Below, piece after piece: positions 1 through 11,379 of a DNA stretch of 64,000 bases. This DNA is from Sedimentisphaerales bacterium (lineage in GTDB: Bacteria; Planctomycetota; Phycisphaerae; Sedimentisphaerales; SM23-30): positions 199,667 through 263,666 of the forward strand of contig CAXXFK010000011.1 of assembly GCA_963663965.2 (NCBI GenBank). Reading direction: 5' to 3'. A program made the position numbers and the translations under genes. Below the pieces are notes generated by a model that was given only the letters and a program-made list of their open reading frames with translations, had not been told where the DNA came from and ran no database searches. Each line of letters opens with the position of its first letter. Within the stretch, counting starts at the first letter, position 1.

Positions 1-3000
1 GCTTGTCTGACCCAGATCAATCGTCGTTTTTCCGGCCAGAATCCGATCAATTTCAGTATGAGCGGCGATAGCCAGATTATTGCTGGTATTCACCGATCCA
101 AGTTTTACCGTACCGATTGATCCTGTTCGGGTATACAGTGGGTCTGAACCGCTTAATACGTAGAAATTACCGGCTGCGTTTGGCATGACACCGGCAGTTA
201 TATAACTTCCCGAGTACAACCCTTTAATGGTTACGCTCGAAATCTCGCCGCCGGCCACCAGCGACAGATCATCATCACCGCCGCCCAACATGCCATTACT
301 GCCCAGATCCAGGCCGCTGGCGCCAAATCCCGCCAGTAAATGCGAATCGATCATATCGCCAGACAACGCGACCTTCTTGATCACACCTTCCGCGCTGATA
401 ATGGCGTTTTCCAGGCTGTCAGCCTTAAACGATTTTATGGAATCGCCGGCGATAACGCCACTGAAATCGGCTTTCGGAGCGGATACCGACCCAATCGCGC
501 CATCAACATAGATCGCGCCGGAGAACATCGTGCCGCCAACCTTGAATGAACCTAATTCTCCGTCCAGGGTCGCGTCGGCCAGCCAGTTTCCATTTGACTT
601 GATCGTGCCAACCTGATCACTCGTTAACGAGCCATCGCCCATCGACGCGACAGACAGACTCTTAATAATGCCATTCACGGTTAGGTCCGTATTGTCACCG
701 ATATGACCGGCAGAAATCGCAATCCCCTTACTGCCGGTTTGAGCAATGGCAATATCCGCGCCATCGACAACATGATTCAGCTTCAGAGATCCGGCCAGCA
801 TATCCAGGTCAATAGCATAGGTATAATCCTCTACGCCATTATTATCCAGGTCACCATCAAGCGTGACATTCTTTAAGGTAAGATTCTTTAAGGCAGTACC
901 GGTAATATTGCCAATGGCAGCACTGCCTCCTTTAGCTGATACACTCAAGCTCGATCGGGTGGTTGTGCCGCTCAATACAATTTGATCGATATTGTTATTG
1001 GTGTCACGGAAGATGCTCGCAGTGCCGCCGCCGGTGAGTTTCACGGTGATCGTATCGCCGTTGTCGTTCAGCCAGACTGAACTGCTGCTGCCGGTATCAC
1101 CGCCTACCTCGGCGCCGATCACGGTTCGCGCCAACAGACTAACGCTGGTTGTGGCGTCCGCCTGGGTGACTGGGTCAATGGTGGTAATCGTAATGGTGTT
1201 ATTCGTCGATTCAAACATCGGGACTAACGCGATAAAGGTCACGTCAACATCATAGTACTGTCCGGGCAATAACACAATATCATCCGTATCGTCATCAATA
1301 TTAACCGTCTCAACAATAAAGAGCGATGACGATGAAGCAAACGCCTTTATGACGAGGTTGTCTCCCAGATCGTTGGTAATCCGGAATGTTTCGGTTTTGC
1401 GTTCTTTGACAGTACTGCTCCGATAAACCAGCGTGCCAAAATCGAGCGTCGAGGGCGTTACATTGACGGATCCGGGTTCTACCCCGCTGCCGCTTAAAGC
1501 AATCACTACCAGAGCGGCATTGGGATCATCCGTTTCGATAACCAGCGTTCCGGAGAAACTGTCCACCGAGGTCGGTGCGAAAGTCACGGGAATATTCAAC
1601 GATTCACCGGCCCCTAAAGCCAGATCGCTCCCGCCAAAGGCTTCCGCCGTAAAGACCGGATCCGTGGCGCCTGACAGGTACCAGTTGGTAATGTTCAATG
1701 CCGTATCACCATTGTTGGTTAACGTAACATAATGCTCATCATTCGTCGCGCCGATAGCCAGATTGCCATAATCCAGGGTGCGGTCGGCGCTGTCGTGTAA
1801 TGAATCAGTAACTTCTATCTGCTGATTGGTTCCCGAGGCGATAATCGGTAAGCGGACAGACCTCGATTTGCCGTCCTGATCAAGATAATATATGTATAAT
1901 TGAGAATTGAGCGCTCCGGAAGTCTGGGGCGTGAACGTCACGGAAATAGTTTGAGATCCGGTCAAAGCCGATATGACAAAATTATCGCCGTCGGTATTGA
2001 TCAAATTCTGAGGATCGGTTTGATAAGAAGTCGGATAAGAACCAAAAGCAAAATGCGTGATCGTGGTATTCAGTCCGCCGACATTGGTTAAATCGAAACT
2101 CAGAATCGAATTCTGTCCGACATATACGGATCCGAAATCCAGGCGATCCAGTGCCTCGCCGCTATCGACATCTTTCAATTCAATCCGCGGCAAATTGGGC
2201 ACTCCCAATCCAACCAGCGCTACGGTGATTAACTGCTCATCATCAGCCGCGGTATCGCTGATAATCTGGAAGGCGGCTTCCAACTCATAAAAATCTTCCG
2301 GATCAGCCGTAATGACGGGAGTAAAGCGGATATCAAAATCATACGTGTCGCCCGGAGCGATCACCACATCTTTAATGACCCCCGGATCGAACTGGATGGA
2401 TGGATCCTGATCGGATTGCACGATCTGGATAATCGTTAACGGGGTGCTTCCGGTGTTTTTAAGGGTCACCGTAAGATCTTTGAAGGATCCCTTTCTGACA
2501 CTGCCAAAATCGATGGTCCCATCCATATTCGGAATTAACACCGTGTTTTCATAAATCTCGATATCCGAACCGGAGATACCCGATCCGGTCAACCGGACCG
2601 GCACATAGGATTCATCCGTATCGCTGGAATGAATAATGAAAGTGCCTTCATACGCTTGCACTTCATCGGGATCGAACAGGATCTCAAACGTCAGGCTATA
2701 GCCGTTCGGCAAGGTGACATCATCGTCCGTGCCCGTCTGATTGACTAAATCGACGGCCTGGGTCTGCAAGGCGCCGTCATTGTCGCGCCAGGAAATATAG
2801 GCCGAGGTAATTTCAAAGACATCGGTATCGAATAACCATTCATAAATATCCAGATCGTCGGTTCCGATGTTTTGCAAAACCAGTTTTTCCGGCCCCGTGC
2901 CGCCTGCGCCGATCACCGCGTCGTCAAAAAGAATCCACTGCGCGTATTTGCGGCCGCTCTTCTGCAGCTCTATCTCTGCGTCGGATTCAATTTCCATTCT

Positions 3001-6000
3001 CACACTAATCTCATCGTATAATTCAAATGGATGGGATAAATGATTGTAGTCATTCGACTGGATCAGGACAATCCCATCATACTTCCCGACAGGAACACCC
3101 AACGGGTCGAACTGCAGATAAAATGCCTGATCCTCTCCGGCTTCCAGTGTCAGGGGAAATGTCGGAGTCCCCACCAACTCAACGGAATCCAACGGCATCG
3201 CATCGCCAAAACCGCCAATTTCTATACCGTAAATGACCAGGTCTCCCGGACCATTGTTAGCCACGGTAAAACTCTGCACCTGATTGCCGTCAGCAGTATT
3301 CAGAATGCCAAAATCCAGCACGTCGTCATCGACCTGAACCGAAGGCTCGATTACCAGCATCGCAGGCAATTCCGCGTCAGGACGGAACTCGCGTATGGCG
3401 TAAGATCCAATCCCCGAAAAATAAGAGACGATCGGATCGCCATCGGCAGTGACAATGATGTCGTTATTCAATATGACGCCCCACAAAACCTCGTTTTGCA
3501 GGCTGTCACTGACCCCCAGAACGCCCCAGGTGTTGGCGCCTTCATAAATCATACCGCCGCCGTCCATAAAGTTGCCGCTATCTGACCGCATACTATAGGT
3601 GACAACAGGGATCAAACCCGGCGTACTCACCATGCTGATATGGGTATAGGCGTTTATGTTATCTACGGTCCTCGGGGCAAAAACGGCATCTTCCCAGTAA
3701 CCGCTCGATAACGTTAATGGATTCCAGCGATAAACGACGATATCCAGGTCTGTCCCGGGATTGCCCGCATTCCAGTAGTCCGGAGGATTTTGCACGGAAT
3801 AGGGGTGTAAGTCAAAATAATCGACAATATTGTCATCATCCACATCAACCGGATCGCCGCCGATATGTTGCGTCGCTAACCACAAATATTGCTTGGGACC
3901 GACGGAAAGATCGTGCAGCACATACATATTCTCTCCGGTGGGCATGCTGGTGGTATAACTATGACCTCCATCCCGTCCATTAATTCCCGAAAAATCGGCC
4001 GCGCTATTTGACGACATCTTATTGCCATAATTGGTCCATTCATTCGACTCCAACCGATAAACGTTAATCGCATAGTGAGCCTCATCGTAACCATCTATAG
4101 GCATTAATGAACTATCCAGGATAAACGCGACATCCGTCGCGGTGTTGCCCGAATAATATAAAGGCAGATTAACGGTTTCATTGGACACGCCGACAACGAA
4201 GTCACGGGTGCCGCCCTGGCCGGTGGGCGCCAGAAATGCAATGGGCTTATAGGCGTCCGAGGCCTCCGTGGTGACAACACACATATTGTCCATCCACAAA
4301 TCGCCGCCACCCGTCGCGTTTACCAGCCGGTATTCAATGTCATAGGTTCCAGCCGGCACGGATCCGACTTTCCAGGCGCCGTAGGTGTATCGATAAGTAT
4401 TGCTGGACGCGATATAATAATACCAGTCTTGACTGCTGGCATCATCAATCGTTTCCTGTTGCACGAATACATATTCTTCCAGCGTATCCTGATTCACTGC
4501 GACAATCTGGATGGTGCTGGTGCCGTTATCGGCGGTCATACGATACCGGAATTTCGTCCACATATCGCCGTAACCATTCTGCGCAACATCCTGCACGACG
4601 TAAGAATGAGCGCCTGCCGCCGCCAGATCGATATGGATGTTGGCCTGAAAATCATCGATGATCTCCAGATTTACCGGAGCCCTGTCATTTCCAACACTGT
4701 TATTGCTGCCATTATTACCGTGGGCGGAATAAAATTCCCAGTCAGTATAACCATCCACGGCATCGACGGTAATGGTGTCGATCCGTACGCTTGCGGTCGA
4801 GTCGTCGTTTGCGGATTTCTCATAAATCACAAAATAATCCAGCCAGACTTCCGCTTCATCCAGACCGGCATTGGTGGTATTGCTTAATTTCGCTTCAACA
4901 AATATCGTATAGGTGACGCCGGCATTTAACGATGTCAATGCGTCGCTGGTATCGATAACGGCTCTCTTCCAATCTCCGGTTTGCGCGCCGGCTTCGATGA
5001 TCCCGCTCGAAATCGTACCGGCCAGTTCGCCAATCTCAGCGATCCCATTGCCGTTCAAATCAACATAGATATTCATGTCCAGCGCTTCTATACCACTCAA
5101 ATCCGTATCGGCGCCGGTCAGCATTTTATATTTGAATTCGATGGCCAGATCGTCATTTTGCGTCACGGTATAGGGCATGCTCATAAATGCGCTGATGTCC
5201 TGTAAGCCGCCTAAGCCGCCATCACCCAGATGCATGATCATCATCGTAATGGGATTGTCCGGGGTAATAGGATTAGCCGGATCCGTATCATCCAGAAACG
5301 ACACCGAAGAATTCGCTTCAACCTTGTCCCACAGTTCCCAGTCGAACAGGGCCGGATCGGTAAGCGGATCAACATTGAATCCGGTTTCATAGGTGGTGTA
5401 ATTCCCGGCGCGACTCAACGTGGCGTCGACCACCACCGCATAATTCCCCGCGTTGAACCGGTTGCCACTGTTCGTAAATAACATTTTTCCGAACGATTCC
5501 AGATCACGCCAGGCCGCATCATCACCCCCCTGGGTCAGGGTATAAGTATAAACATCGGACATGGGCTGGGTCAGATCGGTTTGCGCCGCAATATAAAAAT
5601 CCAGTTCCAGGTACTCGTTCAGGGGTATCTCTGTTCCCAAATCGATAAAGTAATCCAGGTTAACTTCCAGATACCCATTCTGCGTGGTCGTAAAGGGATA
5701 GGCAAACTTGCCGCTGATATCATCAAATTGGGTTAAACCATCTCCCAGGGTCATGACCACCGCGCCATCGCCGGCCAGGCCGGTTACGCCAACATTATTG
5801 ACCCAGGCCGCCTGAGCCAGGCCCGTGGTATCGTCATCCAGGGTAGTGGTGGTATCCTCATCGAGTGCATCATTATTGTCGACATAAATCCACCCACCCG
5901 GGTCTGCGCCATTGAACGTCACATCCACCGCATTTTCCGCATCTTCCGATTGCGAGGCGATACGTTGATAAATGGCCACATTATCCACATTGACCGTTGC

Positions 6001-9000
6001 CGTCTGCAAACCGACAATCGATATATCATCAAAATAAACCTGGGCGTCAATATCACCGCCCAGAATCGCTCCTATTTGCAGCACATGCCGGCCGCCATCC
6101 ATAATGGCATTATAGACCGCGGCGTTATTATCCGGATCCACAGTAATGGTTACGTTCTCCCAACCGGAATCCTCAATATCGGTCTGGGCGTCTACGGGAG
6201 TATCCATCGCCCCGCCACCTTCAACCAGGGCTATCCCGTCTATCCCCGCAAACAGCGTAACTGCGGCTTCGACTCCTTCTGGCAATGCCCCGGTAACAAT
6301 GCGATACCGGAAATTAATCTCTATCGGACCACCCAGGGTAAAATCATGGGCAAAGGAATCCCCAGTAATTCCCAGAACCGGATCGCCGCTGGTGAAATTG
6401 AGCTGTAATAAACTCTCTGTTTCTTGATCCCCGGTATCCGGATCGATAAATGTCTCGGTATTCCAACCGCCATAAGGCTGAACGGTAGGATCGGGATTGC
6501 CCGGTTCCACATAGGCGGAGGTATTGACATGAACCCAGTCTTCATCGTCATTATCGAATTCAAAAATAAAATCCCGGCCGGTCTGGCGAACGACGGCCCG
6601 CAATTCCAGATTGTAATCGCCCGCAATAAATGAACTCCAACCCAACGCCTTGGTGTCAAGGCTAACGGTTTCACTGGTGCCGTATCCCTGGCCGGTAAAT
6701 CCTGCCGCTACCGAATCGATCAGCGCCGATCCCAGCAAAGCATTATTGGTATTATCTTGATTGACACTATAGATATCCAGATATAAATCGACATCGGCAT
6801 TGGCCACCGTCACAGCATCCATCTGATACATCAGCTCAATGACCGCATCGCCCTCGTTTTGCAGCGAAAATTGATAGCCAAACACACCCTGAATATTCAC
6901 CAAAGCATCCGGGGGCGGCAAATCGTTGGGATCTTCCGCATCGGTATTGGGTTCAACGGGCAGTCCCGAGGGTACCAGAAAAGTGAATCCCATCCCGTCA
7001 TCGTATATTTCATTATTCGTTAACTGTAGATAACCGGCGGCGCCCCCCACATTAAAATTGCCAAATGGATCACCCAGATCGGTGGTATTCCACTCCACCA
7101 GATCCGGCATATCGAAATCCGGATCCTGTCCCTGGATCGCATACATGGCGTCGTAATTGGTATCATCCCATCCCCACCATTGACCCCAGTCACCGCCATG
7201 GATATGATTGCCGCCCTGATCCACTTCGCCATCGCCCAGATCGCCAAATGCGTCCCAGTCGAACCCATCAAAATTCGCGTAATACTTTAAACTCAGTTCG
7301 CCGCTCATCGGCAACATGCCATCATCGCCCGCATCGATCCAGGATTGCCCATCCCAGATCTGGGTGACAACATAATCGTTATCCTCTCCATCCCGACTGA
7401 TATAGGCCAGCAGGATCGACCCGTTGGGACCGGCCTGCACCGATATGCCATAATTGGTCTGATATGGGAAACCATCAGCGCCTATGTACATCGTGCCATA
7501 CATATTGCCAATGGGAGCCGCCGCGGCGTCAGTATGCGCTTCGCCATTACCGGATACCCCGTCCCAGACCTTGGTCCAGCCGCCCCCGGCAAATTTATAA
7601 ACATACGGCAATCCGGTCGTGTCATCCAGAAACGCCAACAAGGGCGTTCCGGTCACGCCGAATTCGATTTCGGGCTCGCCTTTTAAATCGAATATCTGCC
7701 CGAAATTGACCGTATCCACGCTATCGGTCCAGGTTCCCGTATTACGATTGAATAAATAAACATGACTGTCATTGTTCTGCGTGGCCGTGGGAACGGCAAT
7801 CATGACATCTTCTTCGGCATTGCTGGAAAAATCCACCATCGCCATTTTGGATTCTATGCCAGGCGGCAAAACCGAGGCGTTCGGCCATTGGCCAAACACA
7901 TCATTGCCGTTGCTGGTGGCGCCCCGTCCGAACTCGTCCCAGGTGTTATTGGCCGGATCGGCATCCGGCGCCCAGTTCGCGACAAAAATTTCGTTTTCTC
8001 CATCTTCGCCACTGAAATCGGAGGTATAAGCGACGATCATCTCACCGTCGGGCGTAATCACGCTATCCGGCATCCAGGCCCGTTCGCCGGCGGCATTCAC
8101 GGTACCCCGAATCACCGTTCGCTGAGAGGCGTTCAACCAGGTGTTGTCGGGATCATAAAGCAGCTTGAATTCGCCATTCTGGTAATAACTCGCGTAAACA
8201 CTGATCTGGCCGGTTATCCTGGGTTCATAAGGAATCGTCGGATCGTTCTCCAACTCTGGACTGGTATCGGGGATAACCGGACCTTCATCGGGATTCAAAC
8301 CCTGCCAGACAATAAACGGGTTCCCCTGACTATTCAGTTGTAACTCAGGGGTAAAATACCAACCCAGACCCGGCGCTACTCCGCCATCATCTAAAACCGT
8401 CAAGTCAGAATCTTGCGCAATACCGGCGCCTGTGGTGGCGATCGTATTAATTCCGGCGTCCTGTAGATCATAGGCCTCCCATACATCGCTGTTCGGCCGG
8501 CGCAATGTTTTAACGTAAATCCCGGCTTGCCCATCCGTTGAGAAGTTCTCCCAGTTATTCCAGTTAACCCAGGTAACCACGATTTCACCCTCAGCCGTAA
8601 TGGCGATATCCGGCTGAACCGACATGGTGGCATCCACACTGATACCCGCATTGCCATCCGAATCGAAACTGGCCGAATTCTCACCCAACTCTTCCCATAC
8701 ACTGCCATCCCATTTCTTTAAAAATATTTCCGTGTTCGTCTGGACTACGGCATCCGACCACACCACCACCGGACGGCCATCCAGGTCAATCGCGATCGAT
8801 GAATCAAAGGATTCACCGTCTGTCGCGCTCACGCCGCCATAAAGTTGAGACGCACCGCCAAACAAACCGGTGTCTTCATCAATCAGCTCAACCCAGGACC
8901 TGTCCTGCAACGTGGGCACGGTGACCGTGTCATCATCATAATTAAATGCAAACTTTTTAACCACAATTTCGCGCTGATTGGTAATGGGGTGCATATCCGT

Positions 9001-9600
9001 ATAGGACACAAACACTTCACCCGATTCAGAAATCGCGATACTGGGCTTGCCTGCGCTGAAGCTGTCGATGGTTCCCAGGGTTCCCCAAAAGGCGCCATTC
9101 CAGCTCTGGACCACTAATGCGCCATTCTGGTCAATATAGGACAGAACAACTTCGCCATCTGGTCCGGAAGCAGCATCTAACTGCATTCCAATCCCTATGG
9201 GAATCACATCACCGCCCCCATTGGTGATATCCCACCACCCCAGATTCTCATTGACATATTGACGAGCATAGATTTCTCCCGATTGCTGCCAGCGATAGGG
9301 GATGGGATCATTGTCGACCAGTTCCATATCGGTTTCAATATTTCCTTCCGTCCAGAATACGATCGGATCGCCATCCGCTGTTAAGGTGATTTCCGTCTCC
9401 GACGGTAACGAACCGACATTCCAGGTGATTCCACCGCCAGAAGCACCCCGCCATCCCAGCTCTGTCCACCATCCGGATGTATCAAGGAGTACCCGGCTTT
9501 CCAGATTTTCCAATCTGAGTTGATTTGCCGAACATGATTTGGTGGTTAATTGTGACTGCTTTTGATTCCTACGATTCTGACGGCGCAGCTTACGAAACAT
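1..9600 (-). CDS. Giant secreted planctomycete surface protein (>3200 aa, 3' end outside window): LEPR-xLL leader, W-rich propeller-like N-terminal repeats, Ig-like/choice-of-anchor D (ASH)-like repeats
   Basis: ATG at 9600-9598 with AAGGAG RBS. N-terminus MFRKLRRQNRRNQKQ...LRLENLESRVLL matches the planctomycete extracellular LExRxLL motif. The same frame reads sensibly at position 1 (..GSIGTVKLGSVNTSNNLAIAAHTEIDRILAGK..). The track lists no minus ORF in this frame, consistent with no stop before the window edge. LDFG-type Ig motifs at about 1.4-3.4 kb. Confidence 0.9.
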   Translation of the reverse strand, partial: MFRKLRRQNRRNQKQSQLTTKSCSANQLRLENLESRVLLDTSGWWTELGWRGASGGGITWNVGSLPSETEITLTADGDPIVFWTEGNIETDMELVDNDPIPYRWQQSGEIYARQYVNENLGWWDITNGGGDVIPIGIGMQLDAASGPDGEVVLSYIDQNGALVVQSWNGAFWGTLGTIDSFSAGKPSIAISESGEVFVSYTDMHPITNQREIVVKKFAFNYDDDTVTVPTLQDRSWVELIDEDTGLFGGASQLYGGVSATDGESFDSSIAIDLDGRPVVVWSDAVVQTNTEIFLKKWDGSVWEELGENSASFDSDGNAGISVDATMSVQPDIAITAEGEIVVTWVNWNNWENFSTDGQAGIYVKTLRRPNSDVWEAYDLQDAGINTIATTGAGIAQDSDLTVLDDGGVAPGLGWYFTPELQLNSQGNPFIVWQGLNPDEGPVIPDTSPELENDPTIPYEPRITGQISVYASYYQNGEFKLLYDPDNTWLNASQRTVIRGTVNAAGERAWMPDSVITPDGEMIVAYTSDFSGEDGENEIFVANWAPDADPANNTWDEFGRGATSNGNDVFGQWPNASVLPPGIESKMAMVDFSSNAEEDVMIAVPTATQNNDSHVYLFNRNTGTWTDSVDTVNFGQIFDLKGEPEIEFGVTGTPLLAFLDDTTGLPYVYKFAGGGWTKVWDGVSGNGEAHTDAAAAPIGNMYGTMYIGADGFPYQTNYGISVQAGPNGSILLAYISRDGEDNDYVVTQIWDGQSWIDAGDDGMLPMSGELSLKYYANFDGFDWDAFGDLGDGEVDQGGNHIHGGDWGQWWGWDDTNYDAMYAIQGQDPDFDMPDLVEWNTTDLGDPFGNFNVGGAAGYLQLTNNEIYDDGMGFTFLVPSGLPVEPNTDAEDPNDLPPPDALVNIQGVFGYQFSLQNEGDAVIELMYQMDAVTVANADVDLYLDIYSVNQDNTNNALLGSALIDSVAAGFTGQGYGTSETVSLDTKALGWSSFIAGDYNLELRAVVRQTGRDFIFEFDNDDEDWVHVNTSAYVEPGNPDPTVQPYGGWNTETFIDPDTGDQETESLLQLNFTSGDPVLGITGDSFAHDFTLGGPIEINFRYRIVTGALPEGVEAAVTLFAGIDGIALVEGGGAMDTPVDAQTDIEDSGWENVTITVDPDNNAAVYNAIMDGGRHVLQIGAILGGDIDAQVYFDDISIVGLQTATVNVDNVAIYQRIASQSEDAENAVDVTFNGADPGGWIYVDNNDALDEDTTTTLDDDTTGLAQAAWVNNVGVTGLAGDGAVVMTLGDGLTQFDDISGKFAYPFTTTQNGYLEVNLDYFIDLGTEIPLNEYLELDFYIAAQTDLTQPMSDVYTYTLTQGGDDAAWRDLESFGKMLFTNSGNRFNAGNYAVVVDATLSRAGNYTTYETGFNVDPLTDPALFDWELWDKVEANSSVSFLDDTDPANPITPDNPITMMIMHLGDGGLGGLQDISAFMSMPYTVTQNDDLAIEFKYKMLTGADTDLSGIEALDMNIYVDLNGNGIAEIGELAGTISSGIIEAGAQTGDWKRAVIDTSDALTSLNAGVTYTIFVEAKLSNTTNAGLDEAEVWLDYFVIYEKSANDDSTASVRIDTITVDAVDGYTDWEFYSAHGNNGSNNSVGNDRAPVNLEIIDDFQANIHIDLAAAGAHSYVVQDVAQNGYGDMWTKFRYRMTADNGTSTIQIVAVNQDTLEEYVFVQQETIDDASSQDWYYYIASSNTYRYTYGAWKVGSVPAGTYDIEYRLVNATGGGDLWMDNMCVVTTEASDAYKPIAFLAPTGQGGTRDFVVGVSNETVNLPLYYSGNTATDVAFILDSSLMPIDGYDEAHYAINVYRLESNEWTNYGNKMSSNSAADFSGINGRDGGHSYTTSMPTGENMYVLHDLSVGPKQYLWLATQHIGGDPVDVDDDNIVDYFDLHPYSVQNPPDYWNAGNPGTDLDIVVYRWNPLTLSSGYWEDAVFAPRTVDNINAYTHISMVSTPGLIPVVTYSMRSDSGNFMDGGGMIYEGANTWGVLGVSDSLQNEVLWGVILNNDIIVTADGDPIVSYFSGIGSYAIREFRPDAELPAMLVIEPSVQVDDDVLDFGILNTADGNQVQSFTVANNGPGDLVIYGIEIGGFGDAMPLDSVELVGTPTFPLTLEAGEDQAFYLQFDPLGVPVGKYDGIVLIQSNDYNHLSHPFELYDEISVRMEIESDAEIELQKSGRKYAQWILFDDAVIGAGGTGPEKLVLQNIGTDDLDIYEWLFDTDVFEITSAYISWRDNDGALQTQAVDLVNQTGTDDDVTLPNGYSLTFEILFDPDEVQAYEGTFIIHSSDTDESYVPVRLTGSGISGSDIEIYENTVLIPNMDGTIDFGSVRKGSFKDLTVTLKNTGSTPLTIIQIVQSDQDPSIQFDPGVIKDVVIAPGDTYDFDIRFTPVITADPEDFYELEAAFQIISDTAADDEQLITVALVGLGVPNLPRIELKDVDSGEALDRLDFGSVYVGQNSILSFDLTNVGGLNTTITHFAFGSYPTSYQTDPQNLINTDGDNFVISALTGSQTISVTFTPQTSGALNSQLYIYYLDQDGKSRSVRLPIIASGTNQQIEVTDSLHDSADRTLDYGNLAIGATNDEHYVTLTNNGDTALNITNWYLSGATDPVFTAEAFGGSDLALGAGESLNIPVTFAPTSVDSFSGTLVIETDDPNAALVVIALSGSGVEPGSVNVTPSTLDFGTLVYRSSTVKERKTETFRITNDLGDNLVIKAFASSSSLFIVETVNIDDDTDDIVLLPGQYYDVDVTFIALVPMFESTNNTITITTIDPVTQADATTSVSLLARTVIGAEVGGDTGSSSSVWLNDNGDTITVKLTGGGTASIFRDTNNNIDQIVLSGTTTRSSLSVSAKGGSAAIGNITGTALKNLTLKNVTLDGDLDNNGVEDYTYAIDLDMLAGSLKLNHVVDGADIAIAQTGSKGIAISAGHIGDNTDLTVNGIIKSLSVASMGDGSLTSDQVGTIKSNGNWLADATLDGELGSFKVGGTMFSGAIYVDGAIGSVSAPKADFSGVIAGDSIKSFKADSLENAIISAEGVIKKVALSGDMIDSHLLAGFGASGLDLGSNGMLGGGDDDLSLVAGGEISSVTIKGLYSGSYITAGVMPNAAGNFYVLSGSDPLYTRTGSIGTVKLGSVNTSNNLAIAAHTEIDRILAGKTTIDLGQTS

Positions 9601-9815
9601 GTTCTATCTCCTTGAAACCAAGTGGTTTAACGGGATGACTCTTTGGTAATTATTCGTTTGGGCGGATAGTAAGAGGGATTCGATAACTCATGCGGATTAT
9701 TAATCGGCACATAAGCGTCTCGATAAAAAGCGGGGCCTATTATGGTCGGCCCAAATACCGTTCTCTGGCTATTTCTTAGCAAAACAATGACTTATCTATT
9801 TTTAGTCAATAGTAA

Positions 9816-9844
9816 AGTGTACCTGAATGCCCAAATATCGTCAA
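9816..9844 (-). promoter_or_regulatory. Candidate sigma70 promoter of the giant gene
   Basis: TTGACG-17 bp-TACACT on the minus strand, ~210 nt upstream of the ATG. Confidence 0.5.
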
Positions 9845-10046
9845 GGCAAAAAGACTGCCCATTAGTGGCGTATTATTTGTCTTTTTTAGTCAGATAAACG
9901 AATTTAAATGATCTGGACTTGTTTCTATCGACAACGTGTGTAAATAGAAACAAAGCCATCTCGTTGACAAATATGTTGTGAGTATTCAACCCCTTCATTG
10001 ATCAGGATAAATATCCTATTATTTGGTTATTTTAAATCATTTTTAG

Positions 10047-10075
10047 ATGACAAGCCTCGATGCAATCGCTATAGT
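10047..10075 (+). promoter_or_regulatory. Candidate sigma70 promoter of the gcv operon
   Basis: ATGACA-17 bp-TATAGT; supports a gcvT start at 10119 rather than 10047. Confidence 0.45.
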
Positions 10076-10118
10076 ATCCCCAATTGGGCCATTTCATGAT
10101 TACTTACTCAGGATTATT

Positions 10119-11357
10119 ATGTCTATGAATAATTTACAACACACAGTATTACATTCTTGTCACATTTCATGCGGCGGCAAAATGGTCAACTTCAATGGCT
10201 GGTCTATGCCAATACAATATTCGCAAGGTATTGTGCATGAACACCTTAAAACCAGGCGCGCTTCCGGCATCTTTGATGTCAGTCATATGGGACGCTTTGC
10301 CATTTCCGGACCCGGCGCAATTGATTTTTTACAATTTACCCTGACAAACAACGCAAAAAAACTCCAACCCGGATTCGCTCACTACACCCTGATAGCCAAT
10401 GAGCAGGGAGGGGCCATCGATGATGCCTACCTCTACTGCTTTGGAGTCAATGACTATTTACTGGTAGTCAATGCCGGCAATAAAATTAAGGATTTGAACC
10501 ACCTTCAAACTCTGCAAAAGAATTTTTCGGGCGTTGAATTACTGGATCTGTCTGATGATCTGGCCATGATCGCGTTACAAGGCCCCGCTTCAAAGTCGGT
10601 TTTGCAACAATTGGATCCCAATGTCCAACTCCCTGATGATGGCAGAAATCATTGTATTATCACTGATTTTCTGGGCTGCCCTATCAAAATCAGTACCACC
10701 GGCTATACCGGAGAACCGGTTTGTTATGAATTATTTGTCCCATGTGCCAAGGCTCCAGATATCTGGCAAGCCCTGAACAGCCACGATCAGGTTACTCCTG
10801 TCGGATTGGGCGCCCGGGATACTTTGCGACTGGAAGCCGCCCTGCCCCTTTATGGCCATGAATTTGGTCTGGATATGCATGGAAACGATATCCCCATTCT
10901 TTCCTGCCCGACAGCCGCATTTGCCGTCGACAAAACCAAGGCCGAAGATTATATTGGTAAAAAGCCTGTTCAACAGCAGTTGATGGCGCTCGATGCCTTA
11001 AAAAAGAAAGACTATAGTTTAATTGAGACACTGCCTTATCGCTTGCGATGTGTAACTCTGAAAGAAAAAGGCATCGCCCGCGAACATTGCCCGGTTGAAC
11101 AGAATGGTTCGCCAGTAGGCTATATCACCAGCGGCACTATGGTTCCCTACTGGATTATTGATACCAGTCAGACCCCGCCGGCCTTTTCGGACCAGAGCGC
11201 CATGCGATCTATTGGATTGGCCCTGATTGACAGCCGGTTGCCTATCGGCGCCGAAATTCAGGTCATCATCCGAAACCGCCCCGTTGCCGCACAAATTTGT
11301 AAAACTCCGGTTGATAACCGGTCTACCTCTATTTGCCTGCCTGTATTATTACCATAA
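10119..11357 (+). CDS. gcvT: Glycine cleavage system aminomethyltransferase T
   Basis: GIFDVSHMG, TGYTGE, GLGARDTLRLEA motifs; CAGGA RBS before ATG 10119. Confidence 0.95.
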   Translation: MSMNNLQHTVLHSCHISCGGKMVNFNGWSMPIQYSQGIVHEHLKTRRASGIFDVSHMGRFAISGPGAIDFLQFTLTNNAKKLQPGFAHYTLIANEQGGAIDDAYLYCFGVNDYLLVVNAGNKIKDLNHLQTLQKNFSGVELLDLSDDLAMIALQGPASKSVLQQLDPNVQLPDDGRNHCIITDFLGCPIKISTTGYTGEPVCYELFVPCAKAPDIWQALNSHDQVTPVGLGARDTLRLEAALPLYGHEFGLDMHGNDIPILSCPTAAFAVDKTKAEDYIGKKPVQQQLMALDALKKKDYSLIETLPYRLRCVTLKEKGIAREHCPVEQNGSPVGYITSGTMVPYWIIDTSQTPPAFSDQSAMRSIGLALIDSRLPIGAEIQVIIRNRPVAAQICKTPVDNRSTSICLPVLLP

Positions 11358-11379
11358 TTTTTTCAAGGAGAATCATTAC

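Noticed and set aside
227..9523. Many short ORFs in the track
   Set aside because: Antisense or off-frame shadows of the giant minus-strand gene
9900..10118. Glycine riboswitch upstream of gcvT
   Set aside because: No GGAGA..CCGAAG..CTCTCAGG core seen, and the likely promoter leaves only a ~40-nt leader
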